DNA of 59,012 bases from Pseudomonadota bacterium (GTDB taxonomy: Bacteria > Desulfobacterota > Desulfobacteria > Desulfobacterales > JBDRRP01), in the NCBI GenBank assembly GCA_043825735.1, contig JBDRRP010000054.1:1-59012 (forward strand), given 5' to 3'. Position numbers and translations under genes: made by a program. The notes below the pieces were generated by a model. It saw nothing but the letters and a program-made list of their open reading frames with translations. It had not been told where the DNA came from and searched no databases. Shown here piece by piece: positions 39,426 to 47,718 of this stretch. Numbering within the stretch: the first letter of the stretch is position 1; every line of letters begins with the position of its first letter.

Positions 39426-39453
39426 AAGGGCAGGCCGGCGGTGGCCTGCCCTT
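39426..39453. terminator. GC-rich hairpin downstream of the binding-protein gene (attenuator or mRNA stabiliser?)
   Basis: AAGGGCAGGCC-GGCGGT-GGCCTGCCCTT, an 11-bp stem with no strong U tract. Confidence 0.35.
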
Positions 39454-39470
39454 AGCGGATGCGTCGAAAT

Positions 39471-39607
39471 TTGTTGGTCATTTAAAAAGTCTGAAATCAC
39501 CACAGAGGACGCAGAGACCACAGAGATAAATCACTAACGATTAAGCATATTCTCTTCGTTCCTCTGCGCTCTCTGCGGTTCAAAATCACTTTTTACGGTT
39601 GAATTAA
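39471..39607. repeat. Composite MITE-like element (CACAGAG/CGCAGAG subfamily)
   Basis: AAAAGTCTGAAATCACCACAGAGGACGCAGAG...CTCTGCGGTTCAAAATCACTTTTTACGG; the inverse of 27813-27939. Confidence 0.85.
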
Positions 39608-39644
39608 ATTTCAGGGGCCAAAAGATGCCGTTTATGGGCGGACA

Positions 39645-41198
39645 CTAGTTGATGACCAGGTCCCCCAGATAGGGAAAGTTCATCGTGTTGATCACCGGTT
39701 TGACGTCGATGCCCTTTTTGGCGCCGTAACTGTGGTTCTGCCAGTGGAAGGGGACGAAGGCGGCCTCGTCGTACTGGATTTTCTCGATGGTCTGGAGAAT
39801 GTCGGCCCGCTTTTTCAGGTTGGTCTCGCTCTGGGCCAGCAGAGTGAACTCGTCCACCTCGGGGTTGCAGTAGTTGCCGCTGTTGTACTGGCCGTAACCG
39901 GTTTCCTTGTTGGGACACATGGAGAGGAACTCGTAGAAGTTGCCCGAATCCTCAGTGTCTGAGTGCCAGCCGATCATTTGGATGTCAGCGGCCTGGGCGT
40001 CATATTCATCCCAGTACTGGGCCTTGGGCATGGTCTTCAGGTTTACGGTGATGTTGATTCGCGCCAGCATGGAAACCACCGCCTCGGCGATCTTTTCATC
40101 GTTCACGTACCGGTTGTTGGGTGCGATCATGGTGCAGGAAAAACCGTCGGGATAGCCGGCTTCGACCATGAGTTGTTTTGCTTTTTTCAAGTCGTAGCGC
40201 GGGGTGAGCGCCGGATTGTAGCCGGCATAGCCTTTGGGGCTCATCTGGCCGGCCGGGGTGGCCGTGCCCTTCATGATTTTCTTGACGATGCCTTCGTTAT
40301 TGATGGCATAAACGATGGCCTGGCGGACCTTGACATTTTTAAACACTTCCAGCCGTTTCTGATTGAGCTGGATGGTGATGATGCGCCCGCCAGGATAGGT
40401 GTACAGCGCCACCTTGGGATCGCTTTGGACCCGGCCGAAGTCCTGGGGCGGCACCGGGGAGATGAAATCCACGTCTCCCGAGAGCAGGGCCGCCACGCGG
40501 GTGGCCTCTTCCTTGATGGGGGTGAGCACGATCTGGTCCACGTTGCCGGGCGATTTTTTATCCCAGTACTCGGGAAAGCGCGCCAGCATCCAGCGGACCC
40601 CCGGTTCGCGGTAGACGACCCGGAATGGGCCGGTGCCCGATTCGTTGTTGAGGGCGAAGGAGGGGCCGATCTTGACGATGGCGTCTTTGGGTTTGCCCGC
40701 CGCGTCGTTGCCCGTGTAAAAATCCCTGTCCATGGGGAAAATGTAGGTGGCCATGTTCAGCAGCAGGGCGTAGGGCTTCTTGGTGACGATGTCCACCGTG
40801 TAGTCATCGACGATTTTTACGCCTTCAAAGGGTTCGAACAGTCCCTTGAAATCGACGCTCTTTTTGAGGCGCTCCACGGTAAACCGGACATCCTTGGCGG
40901 TAAAGGCGTTGCCGCTGTGGAAGGTGACGTCCTTTCTGAGGTAAAAACGCATGGTATACTCATCGATGCGCTCCCAGCGGACGGCCAGCCGGGGCTCAAA
41001 TGTCATGTTCTGGGTCCAGCGGACCAGGGGGTCGAACACCCAGTGGGAATACTGAAGCATGCCGCCGGAAAGCTGGACATGAGGGTCCAGGGATACCGGA
41101 TCGGCGTCCAGCGCCAGCTTCAACGTCTTGGCCGAGGCGGCCGGCCCAAAGGCCGTTACCAGCACCAGAACGGCGAGAACCGCGATCAATTTTCTCAT
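39645..41198 (-). CDS. Peptide/nickel ABC transporter substrate-binding protein (family 5)
   Basis: Signal peptide ASA|K; SLDPH, LRKDVTFHSG, GTGPF and VRQAI motifs. ATG at 41198. Confidence 0.92.
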   Translation of the reverse strand: MRKLIAVLAVLVLVTAFGPAASAKTLKLALDADPVSLDPHVQLSGGMLQYSHWVFDPLVRWTQNMTFEPRLAVRWERIDEYTMRFYLRKDVTFHSGNAFTAKDVRFTVERLKKSVDFKGLFEPFEGVKIVDDYTVDIVTKKPYALLLNMATYIFPMDRDFYTGNDAAGKPKDAIVKIGPSFALNNESGTGPFRVVYREPGVRWMLARFPEYWDKKSPGNVDQIVLTPIKEEATRVAALLSGDVDFISPVPPQDFGRVQSDPKVALYTYPGGRIITIQLNQKRLEVFKNVKVRQAIVYAINNEGIVKKIMKGTATPAGQMSPKGYAGYNPALTPRYDLKKAKQLMVEAGYPDGFSCTMIAPNNRYVNDEKIAEAVVSMLARINITVNLKTMPKAQYWDEYDAQAADIQMIGWHSDTEDSGNFYEFLSMCPNKETGYGQYNSGNYCNPEVDEFTLLAQSETNLKKRADILQTIEKIQYDEAAFVPFHWQNHSYGAKKGIDVKPVINTMNFPYLGDLVIN

Positions 41199-41536
41199 GT
41201 CTGCACCCCCTTTTATCTGCACTGCAGTGTGATTTGAATGGGCAGTCTGCCACCCGGCAGGTAGCGCTTGCAATCTAATAGTCGAGAAGTGGGGGCACCG
41301 TCAAGAAACAAATCCAACACCATGTAATTATTGATTTTTCATAAGCATATGGTCAGGCCTTCGGGCGGCGGATACAGACCGGTGGCACCGGTGAGACATC
41401 ATGCCCATCGGCCGGAACGCGGCACGGCAGGGTGATTCCTTTTATTGCGGCTGCGGGCGTAAAATTCCGTTGACAGGTGCCTCGATTTTTGCAACGAATG
41501 GTCCCTTCGTAAAAAACTGAACAATAGTTAATAATT

Positions 41537-42169
41537 GTGACGGCGCAAACCGGCAGCGAGGGAGCGCGATTGGAAGTCCATCGAGTAGAAGCTCACGAAG
41601 CGATCGACCAACTCAAAATACCGGTAGTCCTCAAGCCCGCCGTCGCCGAGCCGCCTCCGGCAAAACCCCGACTCCGGGAGAAGTTCCGGGCGTCGTTTTT
41701 TATGACGTTTTTTATTTCCATGGCCACCTGGCTTGTCCTTTCCGGCAAATTCGACGTCTTTCACATTTCTCTCGGCGTCATTTCCTGCTTCATCGTGGCC
41801 TTTTTTTCCGGCCACATCATGTTTCCGGATCCCGATCTGCGCGGCTACCCGCGTATGACGCTGCGGTTTATCGCCTACATACCCTGGCTGCTGTGGCAGA
41901 TCTGGGTGTCCAACCTGCACGTGCTGCGGTTGGTGTTTCACCCCCGGATGATGGATCTCATCGATCCGCGCATCGTCCGATTTAAAAGCCGACTCACCGG
42001 AGACATGGCCCTTCTGGTGCTGGCCAATTCCATCACGTTGACCCCAGGCACCATCACCATTTTCGTATCGGTCATGGGCGGCTTTACGGTGCACGCCATT
42101 GACAAGGAACTCGCCGAAGGACTTCCCGGAGACATGGAACGGCGCGTCGCACACATATACGGTGAATAA
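41537..42169 (+). CDS. mrpE: Mrp/Mnh Na+/H+ antiporter subunit E (with N-terminal extension)
   Basis: WLVLSG, LANSITLTPGT and VHAID motifs; start uncertain. Confidence 0.9.
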   Translation: MTAQTGSEGARLEVHRVEAHEAIDQLKIPVVLKPAVAEPPPAKPRLREKFRASFFMTFFISMATWLVLSGKFDVFHISLGVISCFIVAFFSGHIMFPDPDLRGYPRMTLRFIAYIPWLLWQIWVSNLHVLRLVFHPRMMDLIDPRIVRFKSRLTGDMALLVLANSITLTPGTITIFVSVMGGFTVHAIDKELAEGLPGDMERRVAHIYGE

Positions 42170-42465
42170 TGGAACACGTCTTTACCGCTACCGGCATATT
42201 CCTTTGTTTCGTCATGGCCCTGTCGCTCTACCGGGCCATCGTGGGTCCCACCGTGCTGGACCGGCTCATCGGCGTCAACGCCATCGGCAGTAAGACCGTG
42301 GCCCTGCTCATCGCTATCGGGCTGATCTACCAGCGGGTGGACATGTTCGTGGATATCGCCCTGGCCTACGCCTCCCTCAACTTCATTGCGGTGCTGGCGG
42401 CCTCCCGGTATTTCCAGAAAAAGAAAGGCCTTTACGACGAAGCCGCCACCGTGCGCCGTCGATAG
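42169..42465 (+). CDS. mrpF: Mrp antiporter subunit F
   Basis: GPT..DR, DIALAYA.LNF motifs. Confidence 0.9.
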   Translation: MEHVFTATGIFLCFVMALSLYRAIVGPTVLDRLIGVNAIGSKTVALLIAIGLIYQRVDMFVDIALAYASLNFIAVLAASRYFQKKKGLYDEAATVRRR

Positions 42466-42475
42466 GAACACTGCC

Positions 42476-42823
42476 ATGCTGCTCAACACCATCGTCATCA
42501 TCCTGCTCGCTGTCGGGCTGCTGTTTTTTCTGGCCGGCGCCATCGGCATCCTGCGATTTCCCGATTTCTACTCCCGGCTGCACCCGGCCGGCAAGCTCGA
42601 CACCATGGGCCTGCTCATGACCATGAGCGCCATGGCGCTGTATACCCTGCACGACTTCAACCTGAACGCCGTGCTCACCAGCCTCAAGATCCTGCTCATC
42701 GTGGTCTTCGTGTTCATCACCAGCCCAACGGCCACCCATGCCATCGTGGACGCCGGCGTCAGGGCCGGCCTGAGTCCCTGGACCAAGTCGGAAGAAGGCA
42801 CGGAAAATGATCTTTCTGTTTGA
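42476..42823 (+). CDS. mrpG: Mrp antiporter subunit G
   Basis: RFPDFYSRLH..GK.DT.G and SPTATHAI motifs. Confidence 0.9.
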   Translation: MLLNTIVIILLAVGLLFFLAGAIGILRFPDFYSRLHPAGKLDTMGLLMTMSAMALYTLHDFNLNAVLTSLKILLIVVFVFITSPTATHAIVDAGVRAGLSPWTKSEEGTENDLSV

Positions 42824-43052
42824 ACTCATCATTCTGATTCTTGTGGTCATCTGCGGCATCGGCGCCCTGGTCGTGCGGGATCTTCTGGGGGCCGCCATTC
42901 TCTTCGGGGCCTATAGCTTCATGATGTGTCTGCTCTGGGCCATCATGGGGGCCGTAGACGTGGCCTTCACCGAGGCATCGGTGGGCGCGGGCGTGAGCAC
43001 GGTGTTCTTTGTCGCCGCCGTATTTCGCACCTCACGGAGGACCAAGGATTGA
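42807..43052 (+). CDS. DUF4040 / MrpB-associated small subunit
   Basis: AVDVAFTEASVGAG motif. Confidence 0.85.
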   Translation: MIFLFELIILILVVICGIGALVVRDLLGAAILFGAYSFMMCLLWAIMGAVDVAFTEASVGAGVSTVFFVAAVFRTSRRTKD

Positions 43053-43879
43053 AACTCATCGGATGGATCATTGTCACCGTTTTCGGCGGTCTGCTCATCT
43101 ACGGCACCATGGAATTTCCGGACTTTGCCGATCCTCAGTCGCCGGCGGCCCTGCACGTATCGCCGTATTACATCGAGCACTCTATGGAAGACGCCCATGT
43201 GGTCAACGTCGTCACCACGGTTCTTGCCGACTACCGCGGTTACGACACCATGTTCGAAACGGCGGTGATTTTTTCAGCCGGCATCGCGTGCATCCTCCTG
43301 CTGCGGGTGCCCCGGCGCACCGGTCCGGATTCACGTCTTTACCGGCACATTCCCACCGGGATCACGATCCGCATTGAAAAAGGGGGCAAACTGCCCACCG
43401 GCTCCAAGGAGTTCGAGCGCATCGACAGCCAGTGGGTCCCCTATGACGTTATCATCAAGACCGCCTGCCGATTGGTGATTCCCTTTATTCAGCTCTTTGC
43501 GCTTTACGTCATCGCCCACGGGCATTACAGTCCCGGCGGCGGGTTCCAGGGCGGCGTCATCTACGGGGCGGCCATCATCCTTTTTGCCCTTTCCACGGAC
43601 CTGCGCTCCACACTGGAGGTCATCGGGGAGAAAATGACGGCGATATTCGCCTCGACCGGAGTGCTGATCTATGCCGGCACCGGGCTTTTGTGCGCCCTTT
43701 TGGGCGGCCCTTTTCTCAACTACGGCAATTTGGCCGGCGTGTTGGGCGTGGATCCGGTCATGGCCAGATCCCACGGCATTCTCATTGTGGAGACGGGGGT
43801 CGGCCTGGCCGTGATGGCCGTGATGGTGTCGCTTTACTATACCCTTTCTTCAGTGGGCAGAATGGACGAAGGACTATAG
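43049..43879 (+). CDS. mrpB: Mrp antiporter subunit B
   Basis: NVVTTVLADYRGYDT.FE and HGHYSPGGGFQGG. The TTG start at 43049 overlaps the upstream stop. Confidence 0.9.
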   Translation: MKLIGWIIVTVFGGLLIYGTMEFPDFADPQSPAALHVSPYYIEHSMEDAHVVNVVTTVLADYRGYDTMFETAVIFSAGIACILLLRVPRRTGPDSRLYRHIPTGITIRIEKGGKLPTGSKEFERIDSQWVPYDVIIKTACRLVIPFIQLFALYVIAHGHYSPGGGFQGGVIYGAAIILFALSTDLRSTLEVIGEKMTAIFASTGVLIYAGTGLLCALLGGPFLNYGNLAGVLGVDPVMARSHGILIVETGVGLAVMAVMVSLYYTLSSVGRMDEGL

Positions 43880-43881
43880 CC

Positions 43882-44277
43882 ATGGATGCGCTCTTCGATA
43901 TTCTCGCGGCCAAGGCCAACTACTGGATTTACATCATTCTCATGATGATCGGGCTCTGGGGCATGATCGCCAAGCGCAATCTGGTGAAAAAAATCATCGG
44001 CATGAATATCCTGCAGACGGCCATTATCCTTTTTTATGTTTCCATCGCCTCCAAGCATGGGACCACACTGCCGATTCTCGAGGTCGACGCCCACGGGGGC
44101 GGGCACCATGCCATCCGCGCCGCCGACTATCTGAACCCGCTGCCCCATGTCCTGATGCTCACGGCGATCGTCGTCTCCGTGGCCACACTGGGCGTCGCCA
44201 TTGCGCTGGTTATCAAAATCTACCGGCAGTACGGCACCCTGGAAGAAGATGAAATCGCCGATCGGATAAGAGGATGA
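43882..44277 (+). CDS. mrpC: Mrp antiporter subunit C
   Basis: NLVKKIIG and NPLPHVLMLTAIVV motifs. Confidence 0.92.
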   Translation: MDALFDILAAKANYWIYIILMMIGLWGMIAKRNLVKKIIGMNILQTAIILFYVSIASKHGTTLPILEVDAHGGGHHAIRAADYLNPLPHVLMLTAIVVSVATLGVAIALVIKIYRQYGTLEEDEIADRIRG

Positions 44278-45770
44278 TGAGTATCCACTACCCTGCGCTG
44301 ATTGTCACCGTGCCGCTGATTACGGCCTTTCTCATCACCATGGCCTGGTGGGTGGAACGGCGCCTGTGCTTTCCTCTGGCCATCGGCGCCCTGAGCGTTT
44401 CCCTGATCAGCGCCGTGAGCATGCTCGCGCAGGTCATGACCACCGGTCCCTTTGAATACAATCTGGGCGGGTGGAAGCCGCCCATCGGCATCGCCTACAA
44501 CATCGATCATCTCAATGCTTTGGTCCTGGTGGCCGTCGCCGCCGTGGCCCTGCTCAATCTCATCGGCACGGGCTCAGCCGTCCGCAGGGATTTTGCCGAC
44601 AAGATCGGGCCGTTTTACACCCTGTACATCCTGTTTGCCACCGGGCTCTTCGGCATCGTCATCACCGGTGACGCCTTCAACCTGTTCGTGCTGCTGGAGA
44701 TCACCTCCATTACCGGCTACGCCCTGATCGGCATGGGCGACCGGCACGCGCCGCTGGCCAGCCTCAACTACATTTTCATGGGCACGATCGGGGCGAGCTT
44801 CTACCTGCTCGGGGTGGGCTATCTCTACCTGGTCACCGGGACCCTCAACATGGCCGATCTGGCCGCCATTTTGCCCAGTCTCTATGGAAGCAAAGTTGTT
44901 GTGGCGGCTTTTATTATCTGCATGACCGGGTTGTTCATGAAGATGGCCCTGTTTCCGCTGCACGGGTGGCTGCCCAATGCCTACACGTTTTCCCCGGGGC
45001 CGGTCAGCAGCCTGGTGGCGCCGCTGACCACCAAGGTGATGGTCTATGTGATGATCCGAGTAGCGCTTTTCGTTTTTCCGGTGGAATTTTCCTTCAACGT
45101 GATGCACCTGGCACCGGCAGCGGTATGGCTGGCCATTATCGCCATGGTCTTTGGCAGCCTCATGGCGCTGGCCCAGACCTCGCTAAAGCGGATGCTCAGC
45201 TACATCATCGTTGCCGAGGTGGGCTACATGGTGGGCGGGTTTTGGATCGGCAACCGGATCGCCATGAGCGGGGCGATCTTGCACATCGTCAACGATGCCG
45301 CAATGACGCTGTGCGTTTTCATGGTTGCCGGCAGCCTGCGCCATCAGCTCAAAAGCGACCGGTTCGACGCCCTCAAGGGGGCGTTCAGGAAGATGCCGGT
45401 GACCATGGGTGTGCTGGTCGTGGGCGGGCTTTCCATCATCGGTGTGCCGCCCACCTGCGGATTTTTCAGCAAGTGGTACCTCATTACCGGGGCCATCGAC
45501 GCCGGGCACTATCCTTTCGTGGTCGCGCTGCTTTTCAGCAGTCTGATCAATGCGGTCCTGTTTTTCCGGGTGTTCGAAATCGGGTATTTCGAACCCTTTG
45601 TCGATCACCACCACGGCGCTGACGTGCATTCGGAACCGCTCCAGGAGGCGCCGCTGGACATGGTGGCGACCATGGTGGCCGTGGCGCTGGGGCTCGTCGT
45701 GCTGGGCTTCTACTCCGGGGACATCGTCACCCGGATCATCGCCTTTGCCATACCGTCGCAGATTATCTGA
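44274..45770 (+). CDS. mrpD: Mrp antiporter subunit D family protein (1)
   Basis: TGDAFNLFVLLEI, KMALFPLHGWLP, KRMLSY and PPTCGFFSKW motifs. Confidence 0.9.
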   Translation: MMSIHYPALIVTVPLITAFLITMAWWVERRLCFPLAIGALSVSLISAVSMLAQVMTTGPFEYNLGGWKPPIGIAYNIDHLNALVLVAVAAVALLNLIGTGSAVRRDFADKIGPFYTLYILFATGLFGIVITGDAFNLFVLLEITSITGYALIGMGDRHAPLASLNYIFMGTIGASFYLLGVGYLYLVTGTLNMADLAAILPSLYGSKVVVAAFIICMTGLFMKMALFPLHGWLPNAYTFSPGPVSSLVAPLTTKVMVYVMIRVALFVFPVEFSFNVMHLAPAAVWLAIIAMVFGSLMALAQTSLKRMLSYIIVAEVGYMVGGFWIGNRIAMSGAILHIVNDAAMTLCVFMVAGSLRHQLKSDRFDALKGAFRKMPVTMGVLVVGGLSIIGVPPTCGFFSKWYLITGAIDAGHYPFVVALLFSSLINAVLFFRVFEIGYFEPFVDHHHGADVHSEPLQEAPLDMVATMVAVALGLVVLGFYSGDIVTRIIAFAIPSQII

Positions 45771-45791
45771 AAGGCCACTGGCTCGCTGATT

Positions 45792-47273
45792 ATGGAACCC
45801 ATTATTTCCATCAAACCGCTTCTGGCGGTACTGCTCTCTCTGCTCTTGCCTGCGGCGTTGATTACCGCGCGTTCGGACAATCTGCGCGAAGGGTGGACCT
45901 TTGCCGTTGCCATCCTCAAATTCGGTATCATCGCCTCCATGGTGCCGGCGGTGCTTTCCGGCGCGCGCATCGAATGGACGCTGGTGTCGCTGGCGCCGGG
46001 GCTTTCCATCGCCTTCCGGGTGGATGCCATGGGGATGCTCTTCGCCCTGGTTTCCTCCTTTCTGTGGATTATCACGACAATTTACTCCATCGGCTACATG
46101 CGGGGCCTGAAAGAGCACAGTCAGACGCGGTATTTCTGCTTTTTTTCTTTGTCGCTGTCCGCCGCGGTGGGTGTGGCCTTCTCGGCCAATCTGCTCACCA
46201 TGTATCTGTTCTACGAGATGCTCTCTTTTGCCACCTACCCCCTGGTCACCCACCACCAGGATCCTGAGGCGCGAAGCTCCGGCAGAAAGTACATCACTTA
46301 CATCCTCGGCGGCTCCATCGCGCTGGCACTGCCGGCCATGCTGATCGTCTACAGCCTCACCGGCACCCTCGATTTTGCCGACGCCGGGTTCATGGCCGGC
46401 ACTGGCGGCACGTCGGTGGCCATGGGCGTGCTGCTACTGATGTTCGTGTTCGGATTTGCCAAGGCGGGCGTGATGCCGATGCATTCCTGGTTGCCGGCTG
46501 CCATGGTCGCTCCGACGCCGGTCAGCGCCCTGCTGCATGCCGTTGCCGTCGTCAAAGTGGGGGTGTTCTGCGTACTGCGGGTCATCACCGGCGTCTTTGG
46601 CGTGGGCTATCTAAAGACGCTCCATCTGGGCACCGTAGTGGCGACCATCGCATCGATCACCATCATCGTCGCCTCGCTGATCGCCCTGAGCCAGGACGGC
46701 TTGAAGCGCCGGCTGGCATTTTCAACGATCGGGCAGCTGTCCTACATCATCCTGGGGGCGGCACTGCTTTCCCCCAGCGGTGTCACCGGGAGCCTTTTGC
46801 ACATCGCCATGCATGCGTTCGGCAAGATCACCCTGTTTTTTTGCGCCGGAGCGATATTTGTGGCCACCGGGAAAAAGAACATCAGCGAGATGACCGGTAT
46901 CGGCAAGCGGATGCCCATCACCATGGCGGCGTTTTTTATCGGCTGCCTGAGTGTCATCGGCATCCCGCCCTGCGGTGGTTTTATCAGCAAGTGGAATCTG
47001 GTGATGGGCACCCTGGAGGCCGATCAACTCGTTTTTCTCGTGGTGCTGCTGGTGAGCTCCATTCTCAACGCGGCCTATTTTCTGCCGGTGGTCTACAAAG
47101 CCTATTTTTGCACCGAGGCTGAATCACTGTTCACCGGTCCCCGGCAGGAGGCGCCCCGCTGGTGTCTGGTGCCGCCGGTGCTGACGGCGATGATATCCAT
47201 CGCTTTGTTCTTCTACCCCCAGCCGTTTCTCGATCTGGCCCGGCTGGCCGTGCGCGGCATGTTCGGAGGCTGA
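45792..47273 (+). CDS. Mrp antiporter subunit D/A family protein (2)
   Basis: YSIGYM, KAGVMPMHSWLP.AMVAPTPVSALLH and KRRLAFST motifs. Confidence 0.9.
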   Translation: MEPIISIKPLLAVLLSLLLPAALITARSDNLREGWTFAVAILKFGIIASMVPAVLSGARIEWTLVSLAPGLSIAFRVDAMGMLFALVSSFLWIITTIYSIGYMRGLKEHSQTRYFCFFSLSLSAAVGVAFSANLLTMYLFYEMLSFATYPLVTHHQDPEARSSGRKYITYILGGSIALALPAMLIVYSLTGTLDFADAGFMAGTGGTSVAMGVLLLMFVFGFAKAGVMPMHSWLPAAMVAPTPVSALLHAVAVVKVGVFCVLRVITGVFGVGYLKTLHLGTVVATIASITIIVASLIALSQDGLKRRLAFSTIGQLSYIILGAALLSPSGVTGSLLHIAMHAFGKITLFFCAGAIFVATGKKNISEMTGIGKRMPITMAAFFIGCLSVIGIPPCGGFISKWNLVMGTLEADQLVFLVVLLVSSILNAAYFLPVVYKAYFCTEAESLFTGPRQEAPRWCLVPPVLTAMISIALFFYPQPFLDLARLAVRGMFGG

Positions 47274-47277
47274 CATC

Positions 47278-47421
47278 ATGGGTCATGACAACCATCACAG
47301 CGACGAGATCCGCTACGATCCGGTCCCCGGTTTCCGGCCGGTGTTTTTTACCGTGATGATTATCGCATCCCTCTACCTGGGGTACGTTTTTTTCCTGGCC
47401 GGACCGTCGTCCGGACACTGA
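47278..47421 (+). CDS. Small single-TM protein (47 aa), not in the ORF track
   Basis: MGHDNHHSDEIRYDPVPGFRPVFFTVMIIASLYLGYVFFLAGPSSGH; GGAGG RBS; fills the gap in the operon exactly. Confidence 0.7.
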   Translation: MGHDNHHSDEIRYDPVPGFRPVFFTVMIIASLYLGYVFFLAGPSSGH

Positions 47422-47430
47422 GAGGCTCCC

Positions 47431-47718
47431 ATGAAAAAGGAAGTCACCATTTTCGATGATCCCAAGAACGTCAAACGGTTGCTGTGGTTTTTCTTCGCCG
47501 TGCTGGCCATTCTCGTGATCGCCGATTTTTTCATCAGCAAGCACGGGCATTTCCCCTTTGAGGACCACTCCAATTTCTTTTCGGCTTACGGGTTTGTGGC
47601 CTGTGTGGCAGTGATCTTTGCCTCCAAGGTGCTCCGGTTCTTTCTGGGGCGGCCTGAAACCTATTATGACGAGCGCCGTGAGACGACGGCGCAACCTACG
47701 GAGTCCACCGAATCGTGA
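47431..47718 (+). CDS. Small two-TM hypothetical protein of the Mrp operon
   Basis: FDDPKNVKRL, F.AYGFVAC and R.ETYYD; GAGG RBS; overlaps the next gene. Confidence 0.8.
   Translation: MKKEVTIFDDPKNVKRLLWFFFAVLAILVIADFFISKHGHFPFEDHSNFFSAYGFVACVAVIFASKVLRFFLGRPETYYDERRETTAQPTESTES

Noticed and set aside
41470..41499. Sigma-70 promoter for the mrp operon
   Set aside because: TTGACA is present but there is no convincing -10 box at 16-18 bp spacing.
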